Shown piece after piece: positions 17,144 to 26,987 of a DNA stretch of 32,000 bases (the stretch's first letter is position 1; each line of letters opens with the position of its first letter). The DNA is from Pseudodesulfovibrio mercurii (GTDB taxonomy: Bacteria; Desulfobacterota; Desulfovibrionia; Desulfovibrionales; Desulfovibrionaceae). A program made the position numbers and the translations under genes. Under the pieces are notes generated by a model. That model saw nothing but the letters and a program-made list of their open reading frames with translations. It was not told the DNA's origin and ran no database searches. The stretch is taken from NCBI RefSeq assembly GCF_000189295.2, contig NC_016803.1:2700001-2732000 (forward strand). The letters are read 5' to 3'.

Positions 17144-18427
17144 ATGGCCAAGATCGATTTGATACTCAGGCGCGCCAAGCTGGACGGGAAGGACGTGGAC
17201 GTCTTCGTGTCCCGCGGCAAAATTGCCGAGGTGGTTGCCTCGGCCAAGTCGCTGGACGCGGGCGACGCCAAGGTGGAGGAGGCCTACGGGCTGACGCTGC
17301 TGCCGTCGCTGACGGACGTGCACGTGCATCTGCGCGAGCCGGGGTACGAGTACAAGGAGGACGTGGAGTCCGGGCTGCGGGCCGCGGCCTGGGGCGGGTT
17401 CTCGAACGTCATGTGCATGGCCAACACCAAGCCGGTCAACGACAACGGCCCGGTCACCGAGCTGATGCTGGAGAAGGCCCGCCGGTCCTGGCCCAAGGGG
17501 CCGAGACTGTTCCCCATCGGCGCGCTGACCAAGGGGTTGGAGGGCCGGGAGCTGGCGCCCATGGCCGAGCTGGCCCAGGCGGGCTGCGCGGCCTTTTCCA
17601 ACGACGGCGTGCCCGTGGAGTCCACCAAGATTTTCCGCCTGGCCGTGGAGTACGCCTCGGACTGGGACCGCGTGGTCATCGACCACTGCGAGGACCCGTA
17701 CCTGGGCGTGGGCGCGGGCATCAACGAGGGCGAGGTGTCGAGCCGCCTCGGGCTGCCCGGCCAGCCGGACGTGGCCGAGGCCATGCAGGTGGCCCGCGAC
17801 ATCCTGCTGTCCGAGTACCTGGACCTGCCCATCCACCTGGCGCACATCTCCTGCCGCAAGTCCGTGGACCTGATCCGCTTCGCCAAGGCGCGCGGGGTCA
17901 AGATCACGGCCGAGACCGCGCCGCACTACCTGACCATGACCGAGGGCGTGCTGGAGGCCGAGGGCACGGAGTACGACACCGCGGCCAAGGTCAACCCGCC
18001 CCTGCGGCCCGAGGACGACCGGCTGGCCGTGATCGAGGCCCTGAACGACGGGACCATCGACTGCCTGGCCACGGACCACGCGCCCCACGCGGGCCACGAG
18101 AAGGAGACCGAGTTCGACGTGGCCCCGTGCGGCATCAGCGGCCTGGACACGGCCCTGTCCGTGACCTGGGGGCTGGTGCGCGACGGCGTGCTCTCGCGCG
18201 AGACCTTCCTGCGCGCCTGGACCACGGCCCCGTGCGGCATCTTCCACCTGCCGGTGAACACCTTCGCGCCCGGCGACCCGGCGGACTTTTTCCTGTTCGA
18301 CGAGGCCGAGGAATGGGTGGTCGCGCCCGAAACCCTGCATTCCAAGGGAAAAAACACGCCGCTGATGGGTTCCACGCTGAAAGGGCGGGTAAAAACCCAT
18401 TTCATTGCGGGGAAAAAGATTGTATAG
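17144..18427 (+). CDS. pyrC: dihydroorotase
   Basis: AGGAGG RBS before ATG 17144 (track ORF starts at 17054). Has LTDVHVHLREPG (HxH) and IDCLATDHAPH. Confidence 0.9.
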   Translation: MAKIDLILRRAKLDGKDVDVFVSRGKIAEVVASAKSLDAGDAKVEEAYGLTLLPSLTDVHVHLREPGYEYKEDVESGLRAAAWGGFSNVMCMANTKPVNDNGPVTELMLEKARRSWPKGPRLFPIGALTKGLEGRELAPMAELAQAGCAAFSNDGVPVESTKIFRLAVEYASDWDRVVIDHCEDPYLGVGAGINEGEVSSRLGLPGQPDVAEAMQVARDILLSEYLDLPIHLAHISCRKSVDLIRFAKARGVKITAETAPHYLTMTEGVLEAEGTEYDTAAKVNPPLRPEDDRLAVIEALNDGTIDCLATDHAPHAGHEKETEFDVAPCGISGLDTALSVTWGLVRDGVLSRETFLRAWTTAPCGIFHLPVNTFAPGDPADFFLFDEAEEWVVAPETLHSKGKNTPLMGSTLKGRVKTHFIAGKKIV

Positions 18428-18562
18428 CAGGGATTCCTCCCGGCCGACCATGGTCCGGGAACCGCGACGGGGGCGCAGCCTGTCCCCGCGGCGCGACCTT
18501 GCAACGATTCAATGCCAGGCCGTCCGTCCCGAAACCGTGCGGGCGGCCCAGAGAGGAGAGAT

Positions 18563-19897
18563 ATGAGCCAGCCTTTCAAAGATGCTGTCGGCTTTTGCAA
18601 AACCATCATGCGCAACGGGTTTGACGCCTACATCATCAACGTCCGGCTCCAGGCGCTCACCCTGGACGAGACGGGCAGCGAGCAGGAACTGGATATCTGC
18701 ACCGAGGCCCCGTTCGACGAGTTGAAGAAATATTTCCCCACCATGGAGGAGTCCAGCGACAAGGGCACCCTCGGCACCCTGGCCGAAGGGGGCGTGACCT
18801 ACTTCTTCTATCCCGCGGCCACGGACGAGGCCGCCTACACCGACGAAGTGGTCTCGACCATGACCCCGCGCCTGATGAAGCGGCTGGAGCGGCGCGGCGA
18901 CATCCCGCTGTCCGCCGTCTGCCCGCTCATTCCCCGGGCCAAGGAGACCTACGCCGACTTCGCGGACTTCGCCGAGGGCCAGATCCGCTTCAAGGGCATC
19001 CCGGACCAGGCCCTGAAAAAGGACTACTCCCTGGCCTACCGGGCCATGCGCTTCGCCGCCAACTTCGACAAGGAGATCGAGGCCAACTCCTGGGCAGCCA
19101 TCGTGCGCTGCTCCCGCCGCGTGCTCGACTACGTGCCCATGGCCGACTTCCTGGACGAGTGGCGCAAGGTCGAGGCCGAGGCCATGCACAAGTTTTTCAG
19201 CCTGCTCTTCGACTCCATGCTCCTGCACGGGCTGATCCCCGAGATCGCGGCCCTGTCGCGCGTCTCCCAGATCCGGAACCCCGAGGAGAACGTGGAGGAG
19301 ACCGTCCTGGCGCACACCCTGGACGTCATGAAGGCCTACCCCGAGGAGCTGCCCTACGACTGGTTCGGGGCCGTGGCCTGCCTGTTCCACGACATCGGCA
19401 AGCTCTACACCGCCGAGTACTACGACGGCCGCTGGAACTTCCTCCAGCACCACCGCGTGGGCGCGAAAGTGACCCGCAAGGTCCTGAAACGGCTGCGTTT
19501 CGAGGAACAGGACATCGACCTGATCTGCGATCTCGTGCAGAACCACATGCGCCCGCACTTCATGCTCACGGACAAGGGCATCCGCCGCCTGCGCTCCCTG
19601 GACGAGTACCCGCGCATCATGGAGATGGTCCGCGCCGACATCAAGGCGCGCAACGGCTCCTGGCGCGAGTTCAACCACAACCTCAAGATGGCCGAACGGG
19701 CCGACATCCCGGACCTCGAGCTCGAACCGCTGCTCGACGGCAACCGGATCATGGAGCTGGCCAAGCTCAAGCCCGGCCCGGCCATCGGCAAGATCCGCGA
19801 CCAGCTCCTTGAGGCCCAGGTCCGCGACGACGTCTCCACCGTCGAAGAGGCCGAAGACTTCGTTCTCGATTACGTCGAAGAACACCGCCTGTACTAA
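18563..19897 (+). CDS. HD-domain protein with degenerate poly(A) polymerase/CCA-adding-enzyme-like N-terminal half
   Basis: GGAGAG RBS before ATG 18563. HD motif region is HTLDVM...CLFHDIGKLYT...QNHMRPHF. Confidence 0.7.
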   Translation: MSQPFKDAVGFCKTIMRNGFDAYIINVRLQALTLDETGSEQELDICTEAPFDELKKYFPTMEESSDKGTLGTLAEGGVTYFFYPAATDEAAYTDEVVSTMTPRLMKRLERRGDIPLSAVCPLIPRAKETYADFADFAEGQIRFKGIPDQALKKDYSLAYRAMRFAANFDKEIEANSWAAIVRCSRRVLDYVPMADFLDEWRKVEAEAMHKFFSLLFDSMLLHGLIPEIAALSRVSQIRNPEENVEETVLAHTLDVMKAYPEELPYDWFGAVACLFHDIGKLYTAEYYDGRWNFLQHHRVGAKVTRKVLKRLRFEEQDIDLICDLVQNHMRPHFMLTDKGIRRLRSLDEYPRIMEMVRADIKARNGSWREFNHNLKMAERADIPDLELEPLLDGNRIMELAKLKPGPAIGKIRDQLLEAQVRDDVSTVEEAEDFVLDYVEEHRLY

Positions 19898-19917
19898 AAG
19901 GCGACAGCACACACAGG

Positions 19918-19953
19918 AAAACCCCGGTCCGGCCCCGCCGCACCGGGGTTTTT
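19918..19953 (+). terminator. Rho-independent terminator
   Basis: AAAACCCCGGT-13 nt loop-ACCGGGGTTTTT, 20 nt after the stop. Confidence 0.85.
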
Positions 19954-20112
19954 CGTGTGGTGCGTCCGGCCCCCCCATCCCCTCTCCCTTTCTAAACTTT
20001 TTGGGTGCCTTCGGCAGGGGCGTGCGGGGGCGGATGAGGGGTGTTTTGAGCGGGGGTGAGGGAGATTGTTAAGAGGTATAAAGAAAAAGAGAAGGGTGCC
20101 GATAAAGAGGGC

Positions 20113-20967
20113 ATGATTATCTCCGGCGCACAGATGAACTACGGGTTCATGCACAAGCTCAAGACGCGGCAGGACCAGGGCGACGACCTAGGGTCCGCGT
20201 CCTCGCTGCTGGACGACATGCCGGGCCGTCGGCTCGGGCAGCTGGCGGTGATCAACCCGGCCAAGGACGGGCTGACCCCGGCGGTCACGGCCCTGGCCAA
20301 TGCGCCGGGCCAGGTCAAGAAGCAGGCCGACGACCAGTCCCTGGGCGAGACCTTCGCCAACGAGATCATCCGCCGCATGGGCGAGGTCACGGACGAGAAC
20401 GGCGAGACCAGGGACACCGACGGGCTGCGCGACGAGCTGGCCTCGACCATGGACTGGCTGCGCGAGCGGTTCGGCAACGACACGGCCGCCGCGGCCGCGG
20501 GCATGATCATCCAGGCCACCTCCTCGGGCGTGAACGAGGACACCCTGGGCAACGGGCTGCTCAACGTCCTCAAGTTCATCGACCGCAACTTCGGCACCAA
20601 TGCGGGCGACGCGGCCATCGCCGAGTTCAACGCGGGCATCAACACCGCCCTGAACGCCTTCTTCGACAACGGCCAGAACGAAATTTTCTACGTGGCCGGG
20701 TCTGCCGAGAGTTCGGCCACCCAGGACAACAGCGCGGCGCTCCTGGCTCAGGCCGCCGATGCCGATGGCGCCGATCCCCTGGACGAGTTCGGCGACATCC
20801 TTGACCAGCTCCGGAACGAGCTGGACAACATCGCCCAGCTCCAGGACCTGACCAGCCAGCTCGAGGAACAGTTCAACCCGGCCAAGGCGAGCGTGGGCCA
20901 GGCCCTCGAAGCCTACCAGGCCGCGCCGGGCGACTCCTCCCCCCAACTGACGAGCGTAACGGTCTAG
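20113..20967 (+). CDS. hypothetical acidic protein (no recognised domain; coiled-coil-like C-terminus)
   Basis: ATG 20113 is preceded by AAAGAGGG (track ORF starts at GTG 20056). GC3 is high. D/E/A/N-rich; no signal peptide. Confidence 0.6.
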   Translation: MIISGAQMNYGFMHKLKTRQDQGDDLGSASSLLDDMPGRRLGQLAVINPAKDGLTPAVTALANAPGQVKKQADDQSLGETFANEIIRRMGEVTDENGETRDTDGLRDELASTMDWLRERFGNDTAAAAAGMIIQATSSGVNEDTLGNGLLNVLKFIDRNFGTNAGDAAIAEFNAGINTALNAFFDNGQNEIFYVAGSAESSATQDNSAALLAQAADADGADPLDEFGDILDQLRNELDNIAQLQDLTSQLEEQFNPAKASVGQALEAYQAAPGDSSPQLTSVTV

Positions 20968-20992
20968 GCCCCACCCGGCCGGACCATTACCC

Positions 20993-21022
20993 AAGCCGAC
21001 TCCCTCCACGAGTCGGCTTTTT
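20993..21022 (+). terminator. Rho-independent terminator
   Basis: AAGCCGACTC-cctccac-GAGTCGGCTTTTT. Confidence 0.85.
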
Positions 21023-21050
21023 CACGCCCCACGCCCGTCCGCCGGACATG

Positions 21051-21084
21051 AAAAAGGGTCGGAATATTCCGACCCTTTTCTTTA
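21051..21084. terminator. bidirectional Rho-independent terminator
   Basis: AAAAGGGTCGGAATATTCCGACCCTTTT is a perfect palindrome, flanked by an A-run on one side and a T-run on the other. Confidence 0.75.
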
Positions 21085-21194
21085 TAAGGCTACCCGCCAA
21101 TGTCAGGCTTGGGAGAGTGGTGCAGCCGTGCATGTTCTCGGGCGCAGCGCAACCGGAGGCGTAGCCGATCTACGTTGACGGATTGCGCGAAGCC

Positions 21195-21222
21195 CGAAAA
21201 ATGTGCGGATGCGCCGCCATCG
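21195..21222 (-). terminator. weak terminator-like hairpin just after the folD stop
   Basis: Minus strand reads GCGATG-gcggcg-CATCCGC (one bulge) followed by ACATTTTTC. Confidence 0.35.
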
Positions 21223-21231
21223 CAAGCCGTG

Positions 21232-22089
21232 CTACGCGCCCACGTGCATCTTGAAGGCTTGGAGCGTGTTGACCATGAGCTGCGCGATGGTCATGGGGCC
21301 GACGCCGCCGGGAACCGGGGTGATGGCGTGGACCTTGTCCTTGAGGCCCTCGAAGTCGCAGTCGCCTGCCAGCCCCTCGTCCGTGCGGTTGATGCCCACG
21401 TCGACCACCACCGCGCCTTCCTTGACCATGTCCGCGGTGACGAACTTGGGCTTGCCGATGGCCGCGAAGATGTAGTCCGCCTCGAGGCACTCGGCCTTGA
21501 GGTCCGGGGTGCGGGAGTGGCACAGGGTCACCGTGGCGTTGGCGCAGGGGCCGCTCTGGGAGAGCATCATGGCCAGGGGCTTGCCCACGATGTTGGACCG
21601 GCCGATGACCACCGCCTTCTTGCAGGCCGGGTCCAGGCCGTAACGCTTGAGCAGGTTGATGACGCCCGCCGGGGTGCACGGCTTGAAGCCGGGCAGGCCC
21701 AGCGACATCTTGCCCACGTTGACCGGGTGGAAGCCGTCCACGTCCTTGTTCGGGTCGATCAGGTCGAGGATCTTCTGGGAGTCGAGGCCCTTGGGCAGGG
21801 GCAGCTGGACCAGGATGCCGTCCACGGTCACGTCGCGGTTGAGTTCGTGGATGAGCCCTTCCAGTTCGAGCTGGCTGGCCGTCTCGAGCCGGTGGGGGAT
21901 GGAGCGGATGCCGCAGTCCTCGCAGGCGCGCTCCTTGTTGCGCACGTAGACCTGGCTGGCCGGGTCCTCGCCCACCAGCACCACGGCCAGTCCGGGCCTG
22001 CGGCCGTAGCGGGCCTCGAGCTTGTCCACCTCTTCCCTGATCTCGGCGCGAATGGTCGCGGCCGTCTCCTTGCCGTCCAAAAGAATCAT
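21232..22089 (-). CDS. folD: bifunctional methylenetetrahydrofolate dehydrogenase/cyclohydrolase
   Basis: [58 protein letters not shown]. Confidence 0.92.
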   Translation of the reverse strand: MILLDGKETAATIRAEIREEVDKLEARYGRRPGLAVVLVGEDPASQVYVRNKERACEDCGIRSIPHRLETASQLELEGLIHELNRDVTVDGILVQLPLPKGLDSQKILDLIDPNKDVDGFHPVNVGKMSLGLPGFKPCTPAGVINLLKRYGLDPACKKAVVIGRSNIVGKPLAMMLSQSGPCANATVTLCHSRTPDLKAECLEADYIFAAIGKPKFVTADMVKEGAVVVDVGINRTDEGLAGDCDFEGLKDKVHAITPVPGGVGPMTIAQLMVNTLQAFKMHVGA

Positions 22090-22121
22090 GAAGCCCTCTC
22101 CTGTATCTGTTTTTGAGCACC

Positions 22122-22151
22122 GAAGAAAGGGCCCCTTCTCACGAAGGGGCC
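22122..22151 (-). terminator. terminator-like hairpin between the secreted-protein gene and folD
   Basis: Minus strand reads GGGCCCCTTC-gtga-GAAGGGGCCC followed by TTTCTT. It lies 20 nt after the stop at 22171. Confidence 0.6.
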
Positions 22152-22170
22152 CGTCCCGTCAAGTTCGGCC

Positions 22171-22581
22171 CTAGGGGGTCCGGACGTAGACGCCTTCGAG
22201 CACCTTGGCGTCGGGGCCGCTCTCCACGTAGAAGAGCAGCAGCGCCCCGGCCTTGGCGTCGTAGTCGCCGTGGAGCTGGCCGTCCTTCTCCTCGGCGATG
22301 TAGATCTCGTTGTCGGAGGAGATGCCGCCCGCGAACTTCTCCGTGAACGTCTCGCCCTTGCGGGTCCACTTCTTGTACCCGGTGAAGACCCGGCCGTGCT
22401 GGTCCTCGATGACCAGGGTGCTGGCCGCGTCCGGATTCTCGTACAGCCCGGCCTTGACCCCGGCCACGTTGACCGACTTGGCCACCCAGGACCCCTTGAG
22501 GTCCGGGACCTCCCCCGCCGCCAGGGCGGGCAGGGCGCAGAGCACGAACAACAGGGCCAGACCGAACGTCGCTTTCTTCAT
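22171..22581 (-). CDS. small secreted protein of unknown function
   Basis: AAGGAGG RBS. N-terminal signal peptide MKKATFGLALLFVLCALPALAAGE. Confidence 0.75.
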   Translation of the reverse strand: MKKATFGLALLFVLCALPALAAGEVPDLKGSWVAKSVNVAGVKAGLYENPDAASTLVIEDQHGRVFTGYKKWTRKGETFTEKFAGGISSDNEIYIAEEKDGQLHGDYDAKAGALLLFYVESGPDAKVLEGVYVRTP

Positions 22582-22596
22582 GAAAGGCCTCCTTGG

Positions 22597-22626
22597 AAAA
22601 GAGAAGGGCCGCCCCGAGGACGGCCC
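22597..22626 (-). terminator. eno terminator
   Basis: Minus strand reads GGGCCGTCC-tcg-GGGCGGCCC (9 bp, one G-U pair) followed by TTCTCTTTT. Confidence 0.6.
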
Positions 22627-22638
22627 GTTGAAACGTAT

Positions 22639-23961
<1,323 letters not shown>

Positions 23962-23978
23962 TCAATAAAACCGGGGGG

Positions 23979-24007
23979 ATTCTAGAGGATTTCCACCCAA
24001 TGCTCAA
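23979..24007 (-). promoter_or_regulatory. sigma-70-type promoter for eno
   Basis: Minus strand reads TTGAGC-17 nt-TAGAAT, ~50 nt upstream of the eno ATG. Confidence 0.6.
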
Positions 24008-24090
24008 TTCCTTACTACGGATGCGCGAAAATGGGCAGTGATTTTTGAAACGATACGGCGACAAGGCACGGTCCGGGACGGTGTCGCGTC

Positions 24091-25332
24091 TCATCCGCGC
24101 TTCGCCGGGCCGTTTCCTTTTCGCACCCATTCGTCGATCTTGCGCTGCGACTCCGGGGAGGGCAGGGCGTTGCAGGCCAGGAAGAACTGGTTGACGTAGG
24201 CGGTCCGGCCCGTCCGTTTCAGTTCCAGCGTGCCCCGTTCCGGCTTCATGACCCGGTATATCCAGCTGGTCCCGGCCAGGACGTCCTCGGCGTAATGCAC
24301 CACGCAGTGGCTGAGTTCCTCGCCCTCCCGTTTCAGGTCCCGGTAATTGTCGATGTACCGGATCGCGGCGTCACCGGGGATGACCGGCGGCGGGAAGCGG
24401 ACGTTGGGAACGCGTTCGTTCTCCAGTTTTTCCTCCAGTCGGCGGGACCACCGGTCGTGCAGTGCGCCCAGGGTTTCGAGGTCCGGGGCCCGCTTCAGCC
24501 TGGCGTACGGGTCGGCAAGGCCGAGGGCCGCGCCGAAGCGCATGGCGTCCCGGTAGGTTGCGGCCGTTTTCTGCGCCAGGCCGACGCGGAAGGGGGATCG
24601 GCCGAACAGGGCGCGGACGGCGTTGAGCTCCACGGCCTCGGGGTGGCGGAGGAACGGCCCGAGGCCGGGCAGGGGGCAGGCGGCGCAATGCCGCAGCGCC
24701 CTGGCGAGCCGGGCGCTGCCGAGGAAGACGGTGAGCACCTCGTGGTCGTGCGGCGTGAAGCGGCAGCCCGTGATCTTGCGGATCAGGTTCTTCGTCACCC
24801 CCGAGTCCTCGCCGAAAACGGCCGCGACGATCCGGTTCTGTCTTTGCCCCAGCAGCTCGGCAGCGGCTTCGGGCGCGAGGTTTCCCCGCCCCATATGGAC
24901 CGCCAGCAGCCAGGTGAGGACCGGGGCCGTCCGGAGCGCCTGCAACCCGTAGGGGCTGAGGCGGAGCAGCCGGAGCACCGAATACTGCATGTAGGTGAAC
25001 GGCTCCACCGCGGCCCGGTACGGCCGGGGTATGGCCCGCAGGAAATAGTCCGACTTGTAGCAGTCGCTGAAGTGGCGCGGCGACACCAGCGTGAGGTCGG
25101 GGACGGCCTCCGGCGGCCGCCAGGCCATGGCGGCGTTTGCGGGCCCGGCCGCCCCGGCCGGGGGCAGGCCGGGCAGCCGGAGCTGGACGGGGCCGACGGC
25201 CACGGGTTCGCGCCGTTCCAGGACAAGGCCCTGTTCCCACGGCGTGATTCGGTATTCCCCGCCTCCCCTTCGGAAAAAGAGATGATCGGGCCATTCCGGG
25301 CGCCGGGTGATCGAGTTGTTGTCTATGCGCAT
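24091..25332 (-). CDS. PcfJ-like domain protein (function unknown)
   Basis: C-terminal LKREGEELSHCVVHYAEDVLAGTSWIYRVMKPERGTLELK matches my recollection of the PcfJ-like signature (EG..M.HCV..Y...G...Y....R.T.E). GGAGCGGAG RBS. Starts 35 nt after the activator stop. Confidence 0.6.
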   Translation of the reverse strand: MRIDNNSITRRPEWPDHLFFRRGGGEYRITPWEQGLVLERREPVAVGPVQLRLPGLPPAGAAGPANAAMAWRPPEAVPDLTLVSPRHFSDCYKSDYFLRAIPRPYRAAVEPFTYMQYSVLRLLRLSPYGLQALRTAPVLTWLLAVHMGRGNLAPEAAAELLGQRQNRIVAAVFGEDSGVTKNLIRKITGCRFTPHDHEVLTVFLGSARLARALRHCAACPLPGLGPFLRHPEAVELNAVRALFGRSPFRVGLAQKTAATYRDAMRFGAALGLADPYARLKRAPDLETLGALHDRWSRRLEEKLENERVPNVRFPPPVIPGDAAIRYIDNYRDLKREGEELSHCVVHYAEDVLAGTSWIYRVMKPERGTLELKRTGRTAYVNQFFLACNALPSPESQRKIDEWVRKGNGPAKRG

Positions 25333-25366
25333 GCAGGTCGGTTCTCCGCTCCGGATGGCCCGCCCG

Positions 25367-26944
25367 TCATTCCCGGTAGTCCGGCGGCAGGGGCAGGGTG
25401 CGCCGCAAGGCGCTGGCGGAAGTGCCGTTGTCGCGCAGCCACTGGGTGAAGGCGATGGCCCCGCGCTTGTCGTCCGGGGCGTAGAACCCGAGGAGGGAGC
25501 CCGCGGCGTTGGCGCGCCCCTGGGTCCGGCGCATGGCCAGCCCGACGAGTTCGATCACCACCGCGAATCCGTACCGCTTGGCGAGCTCCCGGTAGTGCGG
25601 CGTTTCCCGCTGTCTTTCGCGGGCGGCCCGGATGCGCCCGTAGAGTCCCTCGGCCAGGGACGCCCGGTCCGCACCGGGCGGGCACGACGGGCCGAGCCGG
25701 TCCTGCGCCGGGCGCGGATTCCCGGCCAGGTGCGGAAACAGGGCCGGGGTGTCGATGACGCACACGCCGTGTTCGTCCGCCTCGTGGGCCACCAGGTTGG
25801 CGGCCTGGCGCAGGGTGTTGTCCAGCTCCCGGATGTTCTCCTTCCATTCGGCCGAGACGAGCCGTCGCTGGGCGTCGGCGGTCAGCCGGTAGCGGCCGAA
25901 TGGCCGCTGGTCGAGGAAGTCCCGGGCGAAATCGGGGATGTCCTCCCGCCGTTCCCGCAGCGGGGGGACCATGACCACGTTCTGGCAGATGCGGCTCCTG
26001 AAGTCGGCCCGCCACCGGCCGGTCCGGACCAGCTCGTCGATGTCCTGGTTGGTGCCGTAGATGATGCGGATGTCGGGGCGGGCCAGGCGCGACGATCCGA
26101 GCGGGTAGAAGACCCGGTCCGTGAGAAAGGAGAGGAGCTTGACCTGGAACAGGGGGGTGGTGTCCCCGATCTCGTCCAGGAAGACGGTTCCGGTGTCCGC
26201 CTGCATGAATTTCCCGGCAAAGTCCCGGACCGCTCCGGTGAAGGCCCCCCGCATGTAGCCGAACAGTTCGCTTTCTACCATGCCGTCCGGCACGGCCCCG
26301 GCGTTGACCACGACAAAGGGGCCGTTTTGGCGGGGACTCTGCTCGTGGAGGGTCCGGGCGAGAAAGGTCTTGCCCACGCCCGGCTCGCCGACGAGGAGGA
26401 GGCTGTCGTCCGTCCGGGCGATGTTGGCCAGGAAACGGAAGAGCCGGTGCATGACCGGTGCGGACGACCGCAGCCCGCCCCACTGGCGCAGGGGTTGGCT
26501 GATGGCCGTGTAGACGGGCGGCCGCCCGGCGGGGGCGGGCTCGGCCCCGCGGAGGGCGAGCTCCCGCCGGACCAGGCCGATCCGGGCGGCTTCGGCCAGG
26601 CCGTGGTGGAGGTCGCTCGGGACAAAGACGGCCCGGCCCCGGCGGAGGGCCTTCACGACGGCGCGCGGCGGGTTGTAGCCGGACGGGCCCGAAAGGATGA
26701 TCCGGCGACCGCCGCCGGGCGCGCACAGCCGGGCCAGCGTGCGGTCGTCCGGTCCCTGCCGCCCGTTGCCGCCGCCGACCTCGATGATGAGCAGCACCGG
26801 CCCTGCCGGACCGGAAGGCGCAAGCGCGGCCTGGTCCGGCCCGTGCGCCGGGACGGACGCGCCCAGGCCCGGCTCAATGCGTTCGAGCACGTCGCGCCAG
26901 GTGTCGGCAAAGTCGTATGTGTCGCTTATGATGGCAATGTGCAT
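25367..26944 (-). CDS. sigma-54-dependent transcriptional activator (bEBP) with atypical N-terminal region
   Basis: LLLVGEPGVGKTFLARTLH (Walker A), ESELFGYMRGAFTGA (GAFTGA loop), GTVFLDEIG (Walker B), PLRERREDI. C-terminal Fis-type HTH-like segment (RRTQGRANAAGSLLGF). I chose ATG 26944 (MHIAIISD...) within track ORF 25367..27133. Confidence 0.85.
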   Translation of the reverse strand: MHIAIISDTYDFADTWRDVLERIEPGLGASVPAHGPDQAALAPSGPAGPVLLIIEVGGGNGRQGPDDRTLARLCAPGGGRRIILSGPSGYNPPRAVVKALRRGRAVFVPSDLHHGLAEAARIGLVRRELALRGAEPAPAGRPPVYTAISQPLRQWGGLRSSAPVMHRLFRFLANIARTDDSLLLVGEPGVGKTFLARTLHEQSPRQNGPFVVVNAGAVPDGMVESELFGYMRGAFTGAVRDFAGKFMQADTGTVFLDEIGDTTPLFQVKLLSFLTDRVFYPLGSSRLARPDIRIIYGTNQDIDELVRTGRWRADFRSRICQNVVMVPPLRERREDIPDFARDFLDQRPFGRYRLTADAQRRLVSAEWKENIRELDNTLRQAANLVAHEADEHGVCVIDTPALFPHLAGNPRPAQDRLGPSCPPGADRASLAEGLYGRIRAARERQRETPHYRELAKRYGFAVVIELVGLAMRRTQGRANAAGSLLGFYAPDDKRGAIAFTQWLRDNGTSASALRRTLPLPPDYRE

Positions 26945-26970
26945 GGGGTCGCTCTGGTTGTCCCCCCTTT

Positions 26971-26987
26971 TACAAGGTGCGTGCCAG
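26971..26987 (-). promoter_or_regulatory. sigma-54-like promoter candidate upstream of the activator gene
   Basis: Minus strand reads CTGGCACGCACCTTGTA. The -24 element (CTGGCACG) is perfect and the spacing is correct, but the -12 element reads TTGT rather than TTGC. An AT-rich tract (27011-27040) lies just upstream. Confidence 0.35.

Noticed and set aside
16974-17162. 62-aa ORF in the pyrB-pyrC spacer (…KKFWRFLRTFFKRFLSPRRGPRQG…)
   Set aside because: It is a translation of palindromic repeat DNA. It has no RBS and overlaps the pyrC start region.
16199-19978. 750-aa (16199..18451) and 489-aa (18509..19978) minus-strand ORFs
   Set aside because: They lie antisense to pyrB/pyrC and to the HD-protein gene, have no motifs, and show typical shadow composition.
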